Origin: Eledone cirrhosa
Lineage: Eukaryota
NCBI GenBank assembly: GCA_964016885.1
Contig: OZ024740.1
Span: 54,932,001-54,996,000, forward strand
Length of the DNA: 64,000 nt
Reading direction: 5' to 3'
The notes beneath the pieces were generated by a model that ran no database searches, was not told the DNA's origin, and saw only the letters and a program-made list of their open reading frames with translations. Each line of letters starts with the position of its first letter. Position 1 is the first letter of the stretch. Shown here in pieces: positions 29,057 through 43,757 of the stretch. A program made the translations under genes and the position numbers.

Positions 29057-29243
29057 GTAGGTCCCGGGTTGAGTCGGGGATAACCACAGTAAGTAAGGTA
29101 CTCAATACATGGCAGAGTAAACATTTTTTATTTTATAGAAGGAGCTTCTACAGGACTAGTACTGTTTCATTCAGATGAAATCTTCAGGAAGATTTCATCT
29201 GAATGAAACAGTACTAGCCCTGTAGAAGCTCCTTCTATAAAAT
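29056..29243 (-). mobile_element. Family B element with 56-bp hairpin (29130-29185 / 29188-29243) and intact hammerhead on the minus strand (29144-29191)
   Basis: One mismatch between arms; CTTC-CTGAAGA-TTTC-atct-GAAT-GAA-ACAG-tactagtc-CTGT-A-GAAG. Confidence 0.8.
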
Positions 29244-29245
29244 TT

Positions 29246-29294
<49 letters not shown>

Positions 29295-29403
29295 AAGGTT
29301 AAACAAGGTTCAATGAATAAATCAAAGAATGAGTTTTACAATAGATTGGAAGCACTCAACAGTCCTGCCATCTACTATGTCAGGGTATGTCATGCATCAT
29401 CTT

Positions 29404-29468
29404 ATTTTATCTGATGAGAACGTACTGTTGAAGTTAACTCAGTACCTCTGAAATGTGTATAATAAAAT
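29404..29468 (+). ncRNA. Hammerhead motif (family F) in element 29294-29498
   Basis: ATTTTAT-CTGATGA-gaacGTACTG...CAGTACctct-GAA-ATGTGTAT-A-ATAAAAT. Confidence 0.7.
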
Positions 29469-29665
29469 ATACGTGATCAAAAGAATATCTATTTTGTTAT
29501 ATATATATATATATGTAGATAAATCTACCAAGAGTTTACGGTAGTGTCCAATCCGTATGAATATGCATGCCAATTCTAACACATATATATCCTAGAAACG
29601 ATCGTTAAATAATGAACTTTTTTTGTTTAATATAAGGAACTGTTTCATTGTTTTATTCATTATTT

Positions 29666-29766
<101 letters not shown>

Positions 29767-29772
29767 GAGAGT

Positions 29773-29820
<48 letters not shown>

Positions 29821-29841
29821 TAGATATGCATATATATATGT

Positions 29842-29890
<49 letters not shown>

Positions 29891-30115
29891 AATGCATAAG
29901 TTTATGCATTCGACTAGAATATCCACTGCAGTAAAATGATTCTCAATTATGTAATATTTGTGTGCATATACACATATTTATACGTTGAAATTTATATTTA
30001 ATTTTATACGTATATACTATATACTATACACACGCCCTGAGGTATAAGCCCACAGGCACACACATAGCTTCATCCGTTTATATGCATATATATATATACA
30101 CATATATATATATAT

Positions 30116-30157
<42 letters not shown>

Positions 30158-30283
30158 TTATAAATATCTGTGTATGTGTCTATGCGTATAGATAAATATA
30201 TATTCAGACGTACAAAGAAAGGCAGGCACACACACACACACACGCACACATATATATGTATGTGTATATATATAAATATACAT

Positions 30284-30349
<66 letters not shown>

Positions 30350-30404
30350 GTGTGTGTGTGTGTATATATATATGTGTGTGTGTGTATCTGTATGTATGTA
30401 TATA

Positions 30405-30494
<90 letters not shown>

Positions 30495-30496
<2 letters not shown>

Positions 30497-30615
30497 CCAG
30501 GGTTGTCGAGGAAGAAGGCTCTCCATCTAATTCGCTTGATTAACTCGTCTGTACGTCTGATGAGTGTTTTTAGGTAAAGTTTCCTTGGAGGGATGGGGAA
30601 GTTCTTCATGGAGAC
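30495..30615 (-). pseudogene. Fragment of a Penelope-like retroelement ORF (N-terminal region), TA-flanked
   Basis: [39 protein letters not shown] matches the SxKNIPxP...LIxxxExxIKRMRWKAFF pattern I recall upstream of PLE RT domains. Confidence 0.55.
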
Positions 30616-30623
30616 ATATATAC

Positions 30624-30678
<55 letters not shown>

Positions 30679-31000
30679 CATAGTATATATATGAATATAC
30701 ATTGAGCCGCGTAATATTACAAAGGAAGCGCCAGGAATCATGTTTTGGTCAACAATTTCTCATAAAGGCCAGAGTATGATCCAACTGATCTTTGATGATA
30801 GAAATTCTAAATAGATATTCTGACTAAACCACCTTATTTCCTTTTGATGTCTTGCGGTTGTATTATATATACACAAATAATATATCTCTACATACATGTG
30901 TGTCCTGTTTACTACTTCATTTGTGTTTCTGTATCTATCTATCTATCTTTGTAGCTACTCCTCACTCTCAAATTATCTATACACCCATGCTTGTCTATAT

Positions 31001-31102
<102 letters not shown>

Positions 31103-32386
31103 TAATATATATATACATATATATATATATTTATACATACCTACATATATACGTATATATATATTTATATATATATATTTATATATGTATATATGTATGT
31201 AAAAGGTAAACAGAAATAACAACACAATCGGTCCAGTATATGGAAGGTATATATTAGGTTAACGCTTGTTATAGCAGGAAGATATATATATATATATGTG
31301 TGTGTATGTGTGTGTATGAAATAAAGTGATTATATCAGAAAGTCAAAGGAGAATAGAGACAGATATATTTGATTAAATGCCAAGTGCATATACACATATA
31401 TTCATATTTATATATGCATCATTCCATAGAATATATTTACGCTTGCATGTATATTCTAATTAAATTTCTAAGAATTATTTTTATTTGAATATTTTCTATA
31501 TAATTCCATATAATTTTCATGTTGCCTCACGAAATGAACAACACAATAACCAGGAGTTGGCCGATTTCTCTCAGTTATAACATTATTCCTCTGATCTATT
31601 GATGCTATACACGCCACTAATACAATATCATTAAGTATACGAAGCCAAATATCTCGAAATTTAACTTTATGACAAAAACACTAACAGGTATAGGAAAAAA
31701 CGTTGGAAGTCAAGGGTTATCCTTTGGCATTCTAATACTTTCTCGACTAGAAATAGCTATAAATTTATTTTCCTCAGATGAGCATTTTACCTACTAATGT
31801 CTTATAAAATAATTGCCAGCACCTTAGATATAATATTAAACAGGTTTCTCACTGCTTAGATGCCTTTTATAGGGCTGATTAATCCCGCATGTGGTCTCTG
31901 GCTGAAAATGTTAACGGGTCCATGCTTATTATTCAATTTTGTAAAAATATAATTTGGAACCTTAAAATACTGCGGGACCCCAGGTAGCAGCCGCTATCCC
32001 TAAATCCGTCAATGGCCATTCAACATATCATTACTCTATTAATAACAACAACAATGATATAAGCATATATCTCAGTATTTCTTAATTTAAATTTAAAAAA
32101 AAGTTTATGTCATTTTCAATGCAAAAGGCTAAAACATATTTGTAAGATATTAAAAGAGAAAATTAAAACTTTATGATTATACAGATGATAATTGTAACGA
32201 TGATGATGATGATGATGATTATGATGATGATGATAGTGATGAGGGTGATGATGATTATGTTGCTAGTGTTGGCTTTGGTAGTGGTGTGTGTATGTGTGTG
32301 AGAGGGCGGGGGTAGTGGTGCCATTGCTGTGTGGTGATGGTGCTGGTTCTGGTTGTGACTTCAGTACTGGTGGTGATGATTATGGA

Positions 32387-32567
32387 AATAATTGTTTCTA
32401 CTTTTGGCACAAGGCCAGCAATTCACCAGTACATTACTGGTACTTTATTTTATCGACCCCATAAGGATGAAAAGGAAAGTTAACCTCGGCGGGATTTGAA
32501 CTCAGACCGTAAAGGGACGTAACTATGCTGGAAAGCATGGCGTCCGCCTCTCTACTGATACTGCCAA
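32387..32567 (-). mobile_element. SINE family 1
   Basis: Reverse complement of 18711-18903. Confidence 0.9.
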
Positions 32568-32758
32568 GGAAATAATAATGATGATTATCATTTAGCAAAA
32601 TTGCTAGAACTCTTTTTTTGTTACGCCCATTTAAGATCTGAGTTTAAATCTCGCCGAAGCTATCATTTCGGGTTTCATATAATAGAGTAGAATTGCAATA
32701 ACAGGGTCGATATAGTCACCCCTCACATCTCTTCTCATTGGTGGACTAAATTAGCAAT

Positions 32759-32939
32759 AATAATTGTTTCTACTTTAGGCACAAGGCCAGCCATCACCAG
32801 TACATTACTGGTACTTTATTTTATCGACCCCGTAAGGATGAAAGGCAAAGTTAACCTCGGCGGGATTTGAACTCAGACTGTAAAGGGACGTAACTATGCT
32901 AGAAAGCATGGCGTCCAACGCTCTACCAATACTGCCAAT
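32759..32939 (-). mobile_element. SINE family 1
   Basis: Reverse complement of 18711-18903; abuts an older plus-strand copy at about 32590-32760. Confidence 0.9.
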
Positions 32940-33826
32940 AATGGTTAATATTAATACGGTGGTGGGGTTGGGTAGTCCTGGTTGTGATATTGTTTTTGGT
33001 ATCAGTTGCTGTTGTTGTTGGTGGTGGTAGTAGGTATGGTGATGATATATGTAGTAGTGGAGGTGGTGGTGGCGGTAGTGAATATTGTTGTAAGAATGAC
33101 GTAGTCTGGGGTCTGGGGCTTGATGTTGTTGTTGGGTTTGATAGAGATGATGTTACCGTCACTGCTCTCGGTGAATGTAGTGGTAGCAGTGACACTATCT
33201 AACGTTCGAAAAAGATGGTGACAATGATGGTAATGGTGGCATTAGAGGCAGTGTTGGTGGTGGTAATGATGCTGGTGGTGACGATGATGGAGGGAGGTGT
33301 GGAGAGGGGAGGCGATAATGCAGGTGTTTGACAGCTTTGCGGTCGATTTTCCAAAGCCGGCGAGGTTGACGTTTCAAAGAAAATATGCGCAGAACGTTTT
33401 TCCACTTTAGAAGTGGCAGGAGATTGTGGTCGCAGTTGTTCCATGATTATTAGTGGCGATGAAATTTCTGAGAGATTCGTAACCCCAGAGGATTTAACAT
33501 TAATTTTTTTTTCAGCCTAAACACCACCACCACCAAGAATAACACCATCACCATCTTCCCCACCGCTCATTTTCAATGCCCGTATGACTACTACTAATAT
33601 CATCACATTATTTCATTTCTCCGCGATCATAAAAAGATAAAAAATCCAAACCGCCAAACGTATGGAATATTCTATTATATGGTTAGGGAACTGCAAAAAC
33701 AAGAACAGGTACAACAAAAATATATACGTACCTTTATGGATAATTATATTACACACACACACGCACACACGCACACACACACACACACACAGACACACAC
33801 ATATATATATATATATATCGAGAGAG

Positions 33827-33878
<52 letters not shown>

Positions 33879-33882
<4 letters not shown>

Positions 33883-33985
33883 GGCTTCTACAGGACTAGA
33901 ACTGTTTCATTCGGCAGAAATCTGCTGCTATGTATTCAGTAACTTACTTACTGTGGTTACCCCCGATTGAACCCGGGATAAACTT
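33879..33985. mobile_element. Family B fragment in two opposed pieces (33879-33922 minus, 33923-33985 plus)
   Basis: Both pieces match 29056-29185. Confidence 0.7.
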
Positions 33986-34318
33986 ATATATATATATATA
34001 TATACACTCACACTCATACACATAAATAGACTTATTCAAACATACATATAAACATACATACACACACACGTACATACGTATTTGTTTGTGTGCGTTTGAG
34101 TGGGAAACTGTGTGCGTAGAGAGTGTATTTGAGTGTATGTGTTAGTGTGTGTGTGTGTTGGTGTTAGTGTATGTGTTAGTGTGTGTGTTAGTGTATGTGT
34201 TAGTGTGTGTGCATGAAATTTTGTAAATTTATTGATTCATTTAAAAAAAAAATATTTTCTTAATTGTTGCTGTCTCGTAATTGCCGTTATTATTATTATT
34301 ATTATTAATATTATTATA

Positions 34319-34530
34319 AAGGCGGTGGATTGGCAGTATCGGTAGAGCGTCAGGCACTGTGCCTTGCAGCATAGATTTATGACCCTTTACTTTCTGAGTT
34401 CAAATCCGGCCGAGGTTAGCTTTGCCTTTCATCTTTACGGGGTCGATAAAATAAAGTACCAGTAATGTACTGGGTTATTGCTGACATTCGCCTTCCCCAA
34501 AAATTATTGGCCTTGTGCCTATACTGGAAC
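34319..34530 (+). mobile_element. SINE family 1, first of a tandem cluster of three
   Basis: Full head and body; a further diverged copy at about 34550-34700. Confidence 0.85.
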
Positions 34531-34718
34531 TCATTATCATTATTACAAAATTGGTGGAGGGTTGGACACGATGCTTTGCAGCATAGAGTTATGGCCCTTT
34601 ACATTTTGAGTTCAAATCCCACCGAGCTTAACGGGGTCTATGAAATAAAGTACCTGAAATGCACTGAGACAATTGCTGGCCTTGTGCCAAAAAAGAATCA
34701 ATTATTATTAATATTATT

Positions 34719-34818
34719 GTTGACTTTGCCTTTCATCCTTACGGGGTCGATAAAATAAAAGTACCAGTAATGCACTGGGTAATTTGCTGGCCTTGTGCCT
34801 AAAGTAGAAACAATTATT
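34719..34818 (+). mobile_element. SINE family 1, 5'-truncated
   Basis: Body and tail match. Confidence 0.85.
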
Positions 34819-35168
34819 ATTGTTGTTGTTATTATTATGATTATTATTCTTGCTTTTGTTGTTCTTCGTCCCATTACCCCCCCCCCCTTACTATAATCCC
34901 CTATTCCTCTCCTTCACGTCCTTGTCATTATCATCACCACCATTAAGATATGTATTAGAGAATTCAACCTTTCAGACTAACTTTTTAACTTTCCATCAGA
35001 ACTTAAATGAAGAAACCATCACACATATCCATAATTCTCCTCTTTTTATTTGTCAACATAACTCTCCCTCTCCTCTCTCTCTCTATATATATATATTTAT
35101 AAACACACACACACACATATATTTATATATATATGAACATATATATATGTTCATATATATATATATGA

Positions 35169-35207
<39 letters not shown>

Positions 35208-35339
35208 CATATATATATGTTCATATATATATATATATATGAACATATACATATATATATATAATCATAAACATATATATATATGAACATATATATATGT
35301 TCATATATATATATATATATATATGAACATATATATATG

Positions 35340-35379
<40 letters not shown>

Positions 35380-35913
35380 TATATACATATATATATATAT
35401 GAACATATATATATGTTCATATATATATATGAACATATACATATATATATGTGTGTGTGTGTGTGCGCGCGTGTATATGCGTAAATATATATATATATAT
35501 GGAAAGAAAGAGAGAGGGAGAGAGTGAGATGTATGTATATATATATACATATATGCTTCTAACAAATGGTCAGTTAAATATGAACACATTTCTATTTTAG
35601 TCTTATGACGACCCTATTATTTACCACAAATAACACTAACAAGGATTTTCTGTATAAATTTCTTGAATTTCTGAGAAGTACGGTTACTAATCCTGCCTTA
35701 AACAATATATAAATCATATGCTTCCCTCTAGTCTGTATTGAGTTCTTCCCTCTCCATGTCTCATACAGTTTCTATGTGTGGGCATGTGTGTTCGTGATTA
35801 TAAAATGCAGATACGTAAATAAATCTAAAAATAATTCTCTGCATGTATTTCTTCTTCGTGTTTTACCTTTATATGAACAACCATAAACACACACATACAC
35901 CCACACAAACACA

Positions 35914-36044
<131 letters not shown>

Positions 36045-36068
36045 GCGCAGGCACTCACACACACACAC

Positions 36069-36129
<61 letters not shown>

Positions 36130-36131
<2 letters not shown>

Positions 36132-36350
36132 AATAATAATAGATTTGAAGACTAAAATCCAAAGAGGGCTCGATAAGCATAAATATATATCAGATATATA
36201 AGAACCGTAGAGCAAATATTTATTAAAATAACAGATTAAAGTTTAACCAAAGAATCGGTGCTTTCATCCTTAACGGGATCTTCTGAAACTCCCGTTAATG
36301 GTGAAAGCAGCGATTGTTTGCTTAAACTTTAATCTGTTATTTTAATAAAT
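36130..36350 (-). mobile_element. Family A element with A4-variant hammerhead (36240-36290 minus) and fold-back arm (36291-36350)
   Basis: Minus strand AGTTT-CAGAAGA-tcccgttaaggat-GAAA...T-AAACT. Confidence 0.7.
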
Positions 36351-36362
36351 ATATACATATAG

Positions 36363-36453
<91 letters not shown>

Positions 36454-36460
36454 GTATATA

Positions 36461-36558
36461 CGTAAGTTATTCCTGGTTGAGTCGGAGGTAATCACAGTAA
36501 GTAAGGTACTCAATACATTGCAGAGTATAAAAGTTTTAATATAGATGAGATTCTACAG
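36461..36558 (-). mobile_element. Family B 3' fragment
   Basis: Matches 57324-57416. Confidence 0.7.
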
Positions 36559-36564
36559 TTCATG

Positions 36565-36645
<81 letters not shown>

Positions 36646-36669
36646 TATATATACATATATATATGTATT

Positions 36670-36714
<45 letters not shown>

Positions 36715-36949
36715 TTTGCAATACATGAAGACCCAAAAAATAGAGTAGTGCCGGATTCACGGACGGGTGCAGATTGGGTATATTACTGAGCTTGAAATCT
36801 ATGTGTTTGTGCGTGTGTGTGCATATACATACACACACACACGCACACATACACACACATTCACATATATATATATGTATACATACATATTTATATATAT
36901 ATAGGTGTGTATATATGTATGTATATATATATATATACATACATATATA

Positions 36950-37024
36950 CGTTCAGCGCATCGGTAGGGGTTCTCCTACATGGATATAAAGTAGTGGTCG
37001 TACTCGAAAACGAGTTGGCAGCCA

Positions 37025-37028
<4 letters not shown>
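36950..37028 (+). mobile_element. RTE-type 3' terminal fragment
   Basis: Near-identical to 9741-9819. Confidence 0.75.
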
Positions 37029-37065
<37 letters not shown>

Positions 37066-37300
37066 AATATGCTAAGCGCGTACACATTTTGACATATACA
37101 TATTACTCAATGCGTGCATATTCGCAATTGATCTGCTTTATGCGCATGTAAAACGTTTTTCACACTTGACACGTAACTACATTTCACACAAAGGAAAATT
37201 GATGATTATCTGATATAATTCTTAGTTATTCTGTATGAAATGAATTTACTTGGATGTCTGTCTGACACTCATTCTATATAACTCTCTCTCTCTCAGACTG

Positions 37301-37340
<40 letters not shown>

Positions 37341-37386
37341 CATATATGTATCTATCTATATATATATGTGAGTGTGTACTTGTATG

Positions 37387-37535
<149 letters not shown>

Positions 37536-37662
37536 TTTAGGCACAAGGCCAACAATTTGGGGGGAGGGGAAAATCATATAAATCGACCCCACTGCGTTAC
37601 TGGTATTTTATTTTATCGATTACGTAAGGATGAAAGGAAAACCTAACCCCGGTGGGATTTGA
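37536..37662 (-). mobile_element. SINE family 1, longer subtype, partial
   Basis: Has the extra ggggagggggaaaatc...aatcgacccca segment. Confidence 0.75.
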
Positions 37663-37739
37663 CATCATGATAGCAATAACACGAATCTTTTTCTATTAGA
37701 ATATTCCAACTAAACGTCAAAAGGTAAACCATGATTAAA

Positions 37740-40250
37740 AGAGTACAATGGATAAACAATTACTATATTGAAATGTTACACGTTGTCTACTAAGCGACAA
37801 GGTACGCAAAACACACAAACTGCATAAAGAGGCATATGAGCTATGGAGTGTATAGTACACATATGCAAGGAAATATATAACAGTAAACACAGTAGGAGAT
37901 ATGCTAATATCTTTTCTACATTTCTTTAAAATTAAAATAGAAAATCATTAAAAGAAAATACACACTGAAAGTGAAACAAAATATCTAACCACAAAAAAGT
38001 GTGAAATGCAAAAAAGGAAAAACAAATTAATATAACACTTCAAAACCTACCGTTCCCCATACATATAATACAAATAAATGAAAGCAACAAAACAGACAAT
38101 CACACATTCAATAATGAGAATCCAAACCAAAGTGAAATTACTAATATACAAGAAACGAGTAGTAGAGTACAGTAAATGAAACACACATACAGAGAGAAAC
38201 AAAAATCGAAATACAAGGAGACAAAGACCACCAAAACACAAAGAAACACAAAGGTACAGTAAAAACAATATATATATATATATATACCCTCATCCTCACG
38301 CCTAACAACAAACGGAATAAAAATATACAGTATGTCAGATCTTCTAGAATCAATACTGATGTGGAATTGACTGAAGCAATAAAGAAAATCGAACAAGAAG
38401 AGAAAAACATTACAAAATCAATAAAAAAGAATGTGTAAACGTTTCCCAAAAAGTTCAATGATAGAATAAATAAATAAAATAGAGTTATACAAGAACTTAT
38501 ACTAATGACAATAGCATGAATACCGATAGAATGTAAGATCATATCATCTCAGTAACAGAAGTGGTATCAAGAGAAACTCTACTTGACCCTGACAGGGAAA
38601 AAGACCACATCCAACTGAAATAGCGAAAGGTATACTACACAAAATTGAAGTACAAAAAGGCAAAGCCGATTGTTGCTATGTGAACAAGTATAGGAGGTGT
38701 CCAATATGAAAATGATAAAAAATAACCTTGCAAGCAAGAGACAAACTCCAGCGGTACAGAGCATTAAAAATGCCTCATAAAACGACATGAAACTCGCCAG
38801 CGCTTCTTTGAAGGCAACAACGAAGTTGAAGTAAATATCCAATGATTCTACTGAAACAGCATCAAATAATAATAATAGAAGACTACATCAATTTCAATAG
38901 AAATTCAGAACTACAGGGAGGGAATATAGAGCAGATAAATCTAACACGAAAGAAGTACACAATTCATAAGAAGGAAAGACGAAGAGGAAAAATAATTGCC
39001 CAGAAACATAGCCCACCATCAAGGAAAACAGTGATCTACCAAAAGCTGCTCACAACTGGAAAATACTAAGATTTGACATGATACTCGAATTCTGGTAGAA
39101 ACCCATCACCAGTACGTATGGATACATGGGAGCAGCATTTAAGGAAATACTTTGGTCCAGAATCAACAACTGACTGGATATAAAAGAGGAAAACACATTC
39201 TAATCTCTAAAAACAAAACAAAATAATATCATACACCCACAAAATTGTAGGTCTATAACATGCTTGCACACAACATATGAAACCCTTACATTGATATTGT
39301 ACAATAGGCTAGTTCCAAATCTGGAAAGCAACATTGCCAGAAGAACAAAGCACGTGTTGGAAATGAATGCATGGTTGTGATGAGGAGTTGTTGGTGAATC
39401 GGGCTATTATAGAATATAAAAAAGACTGAAAACAAACATCGGATTGGCCTGGATTGACTACCAGAAGTCTTTCCCTTGCATTCCACACTCAAAGGTACTG
39501 GTGTCAATCCAGATAAATAATGTTTTCTTATATAGGCACAAGGCCAGCAATTTTGGGGATGGGGAAAGTCGATTAAATCGACCCCAGTGCGTGACTAGTA
39601 CTTTATTTTATCGACCCCGTAAGGATAAAAGGCAAAGTTAACCTCAGCGGGATTTGAACTCAGACCATAAAGGCCCGTAACTAATGTAGCCCTAACTCTG
39701 CTTATATCATTCATTCCATGAAAAATAGAAAACCACCATGAGTGAAAAATAGGGAAAAGACGATCACAACCATCTTAGTCCCGATAAAAGTGGAATTTTA
39801 GAAAGGGATTCCTTACTCTCCTACTATATTGCCATGCTCTGACTACATTAATAAACTGGTTGAATGAAACTACACTGAGATACCGATTCTATGGACAAAA
39901 TATAACACCGGATTCGAAAACCCCTATCAAGTGTTCCGAGTATACGATAAGCAAATTGTGATAAATTCATTAGTGGAAGGCAAAATAACCAGTACTGAGA
40001 ATATTACACTAGACACAGGCGCACAAATGATGAATTTCGAACATAACCACCCGTATAAATACCTATAAATAGAGGAATCAGCTGAAATAAAACAGAAGCA
40101 AGTGAAAGAGAAAATAAGGAAAGAACACTACAGAAATCTAATGTAAAAAAATGAGCCACATGCTAGAAATAAGATAATAATTATAAATACATTGCCATAG
40201 TAGTTATAAACTGAGGCTTATATATAATAAACTGGAAGCTAAACATATGG
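37740..40250 (+). mobile_element. Highly decayed R4/Dong-type non-LTR retrotransposon (RT pseudogene), interrupted by a SINE
   Basis: Frameshifted remnants in order: EFWxKPITS, HPQNCRSITCLHTTYETLT (cf. NYRPITCL), LPEEQ, GCxEELLVN, LAWIDYQKSFPCIPHS (cf. MAWIDYxKAFDSVPH), IKSGI...DSL..LLYC, YKYL.IEE, ARNKIIIINTL. Boundaries approximate. Confidence 0.75.
39516..39682 (-). mobile_element. SINE family 1, longer subtype, inserted in the R4/Dong RT
   Basis: Interrupts the RT between the PHS and GDSL motifs. Confidence 0.85.
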
Positions 40251-40624
40251 CATTGAGATCTTACAGGGAACGACTCTGAGTAACAGTACTCTGAATATAT
40301 AAAAATGATGAATACATACAATAGTATTAATTACTCGTTCTTAGGTAAATCAGTAGTTTGTGTATATATATATATTGGCTTTATTATATAGAAATTAAGT
40401 AATATGACAGCTGCAGCTCGATAAGGGCTCTCTTTCCCATTAAGAGGATACTAAGGTCTGGTTACGGAAGCAGAGTTTGGGAGAATAGCTGGTCCGCCTA
40501 TGATTTGAGGAATTTGGTGGGGGATTATGGTTTGTTTGGCAGGAGTCATGTATAGTTTGGCATTCGGTTTAGGGTAATTGATGAGGGTAAGTAGACTGAT
40601 TGGAGCAATAACGGTCTTATTTGC

Positions 40625-40758
<134 letters not shown>

Positions 40759-40920
40759 GTGTGTGTATGTGTGTGTGTGTAAGCGGGGTTTTTTGCGCGT
40801 ATGCATGTGATTTACTTCAATCTATGCATGTGTGTTTGTGTGTGTATGTTCAGAATAACTTTATGTATAATCATTTGGTTAAACCCATATATGTGTGAAT
40901 TTGCTTATTTATGTAATATT

Positions 40921-41120
40921 AATCGGTAGAGCCTCGGACAACATGCTTTGTCGCATAGAGTTACGATCCTTTACGTTCTGAGTTCAAATCCCGCCCAGCT
41001 GAGCTTTGCCTTTTATCTTTAAGGAGTCGATAAAATAAAGCACCTGTAATGCGCTGGGGTCGATTTATTCGACTCTCCCCTCCCCAAAATTGCCGGGCTT
41101 GAACCTATAGTAGAAATCAT
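40921..41120 (+). mobile_element. SINE family 1, longer subtype
   Basis: gagttcaaatcccgcc...gtcgataaaataaag...ggggtcgatttattcgactctcccctccccaaaattgc. Confidence 0.8.
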
Positions 41121-42223
41121 AATTTAGCAGCCTAGTTTTGAAAGTGTAGTTTTCAGTGAGTTAATTTTTTTTAAATATTTCTCGTAATAATAGCAGATGT
41201 GTATGAAATAAGTAACAGAAGTATCATTCAATATTTTCAAGTTGTGGTTACTACTGAAAATTATTTGCTCAGATGTATCACGTATGGATATGCAACCTTA
41301 ATCAAACCACTAAGACCATATTGTATGGTGTTGAATGTTTTAAATTCAGTCCTGGATAGTTCACATCATGAAATAATTGTCTGAAATTTGGTCCTTCTAC
41401 ATACGTTATTACTTAACTAATATGGGATGTAATATTAGTTAAGGCGTGTAAATATAAATTTCTAATATAGGCTAACAATTCACACATTTGATGATAGGAA
41501 AGTGTCGATTATATGTTATTTCATCGAGCCCGAATAATTAAAAGCAAAGTCACCCTCGGCAGAATTTGAACTCCAAGGTAAGGTAGAGGAACACAACGAA
41601 ATATTTATTTGTGATAAAGGAACAACGTTTCAAATGTTTTATAAGGCTTATCGAAGAATAAATGAATTTCAGTATTTGGTCTTATCGATTAGTAATCAGT
41701 GATTAAAGAAACAAAATGCAACTAAGTTTACTAGGTAATATATACAACGCTTTATAAATTAAGGCAACGTAACGATAAAAAAAGGTAATAGAAATAGAAT
41801 TGCTTATTTTATATTTTTAGTTAGATTCTATGATATCAGTCCTGAGATAGTAATATTTGTGTAGAGGAAATGTGATGAATTATATTTTTATAGTAAATAA
41901 TAATTAAAGATATTCATAAAATTACATAACATTAACCAACAAGATAAATTATTTTGTATATCCCAGAAAGAATACAAATGAAAATTCCATCAGGTACTCC
42001 AAAATACTAAAGGATTCTGAGTTGAAAACAAGGCCATCAGAGTTTGGGAAGGAAAATCGATTAAACCTACTCTATTAATTGAATATTATATTATTGATCG
42101 AACCATGATTGATGAAAAGCAAAGTTGACATAGATAAGTTAGAATTCAGATAATTAAAAAAAATAGGATAATATATTTTGTCCGTCACAACCAATATATC
42201 TGTAAATTTGCATGTAATATTAC

Positions 42224-42415
42224 TTCTACATTTTGAACATGACCAGCATTTTAAAGGGAAAGGGAAATTCGATTAAATCGACGCAAGTGCATTACTGGTA
42301 CGTTGTTTTATCGACCCAGTAAAGATAAATGGCAAAAGAAAACTTGCTTGAATTTAAAGTCAGAACATAAAGGGACGTAATTGTATGCAGTAAAGCATGT
42401 TGTTTGACGCTTTAC
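42224..42415 (-). mobile_element. SINE family 1, diverged
   Basis: gattaaatcgacgc...attactggtac...ttatcgaccc...cagaacataaagggacgtaa. Confidence 0.65.
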
Positions 42416-42541
42416 CTAAACAACCAAAACAGTGCTCTTCAAGTTTTATATGATATTAAATTGAATCATAGCAAAGAGGAATTCAAAATTATTTTGAAAC
42501 AGAACTGACATCTTCTTGGGAAGATTTCCGTGTTTTTCTTA

Positions 42542-42686
<145 letters not shown>

Positions 42687-42808
42687 AGGTGAGTTTTATT
42701 GTACCACAATAAAGCAATGCAAATATCGGATAAGTAGCACTCCACAGTTTATAGGACTGGAGTATAAAAATAATATAAGATCAAAAGAGGGTGAAAAGAG
42801 ATCCAAGT

Positions 42809-42877
42809 ATTTTATTATGCGCATTTCAAAACCAAATATCATCATAGGATGATATCTGCGTTCTCATCAGATAAAAT
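42809..42877 (-). ncRNA. Type I hammerhead motif (family D), best-preserved copy, in element 42684-43000
   Basis: ATTTTAT-CTGATGA-GAACgCAGATATCATC-ctat-GATGATATTTGGTTTT-GAA-ATGCGCAT-A-ATAAAAT; 7-bp stem I, long stem II, palindromic stem III. Confidence 0.8.
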
Positions 42878-42994
42878 AGGGAGACATGATATGAAGCTTT
42901 TTTTAAGCTTCATATCATGTCTCCCTATGATGATATTTGTTTTTGAAATGCGAATAATAAAATACTTGGAAATCTTTTAACCATCTTTTGATAT

Positions 42995-43032
<38 letters not shown>

Positions 43033-43144
43033 TAAAATAACTATTATTATTACTATATATATATAAAACATGAGAAGAAAGAAGAATACTGCGTGGTTGC
43101 ACATGGGTTACATATGATAAAAATAGTCCTTCGTCAGTGATTTT

Positions 43145-43195
43145 CCAACCATAATTGCTATTTCATCGCATTAAAAATCATATACCTCAGGTTGG
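43145..43195 (-). ncRNA. Degenerate hammerhead-like motif (family K; element shared with 23361-23452)
   Basis: CCAAC-CTGAGGt...GAAA...GTTGG; core positions mutated. Confidence 0.35.
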
Positions 43196-43269
43196 TGCGA
43201 GCAATATCTAAAAAAGGTTATTGGGACCAGTAAATCGCGTAAAGCGAGGGGGACAAGTAAACAACATAG

Positions 43270-43310
<41 letters not shown>

Positions 43311-43462
43311 CATACATATATGTAGGAGGTGAGTTTTATTGTAGCACTATAAAGCAATGCAAATATCGAATAAGTAGCACTCTACAGTTTGTAGGACTGG
43401 ATATGTTGATTTAAAACTTCACTATTCACAAGTGTTTTTTAAACTTCATATCATGTCTCCAT

Positions 43463-43531
43463 ATTTTATCTGATGAGAACGCAGATATCATCCCATGGTG
43501 ATATTTGTTTTTGAAATGCGCCTAATAAAAT
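43463..43531 (+). ncRNA. Hammerhead motif (family D) in element 43322-43568
   Basis: Same layout as 42809-42877 with one stem III change. Confidence 0.75.
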
Positions 43532-43589
43532 ACTTGGAACTCTTTTAACCATCTTTTGATGTTATATTGTATATATATATATATATATA

Positions 43590-43714
<125 letters not shown>

Positions 43715-43757
43715 TCACAGATGTGAGAAAAACCACAGACCCTTCATCTCAACTCAA

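Noticed and set aside
35130-35430. Repeated palindromic unit gaacatatatatatgttc
   Set aside because: Explained by slippage and inversion within the TA tract; no further structure.
40451-40624. Non-repetitive minus-strand ORF segment ([12 protein letters not shown]...)
   Set aside because: No recognisable motif; probably the UTR of another TA-flanked retroelement fragment.
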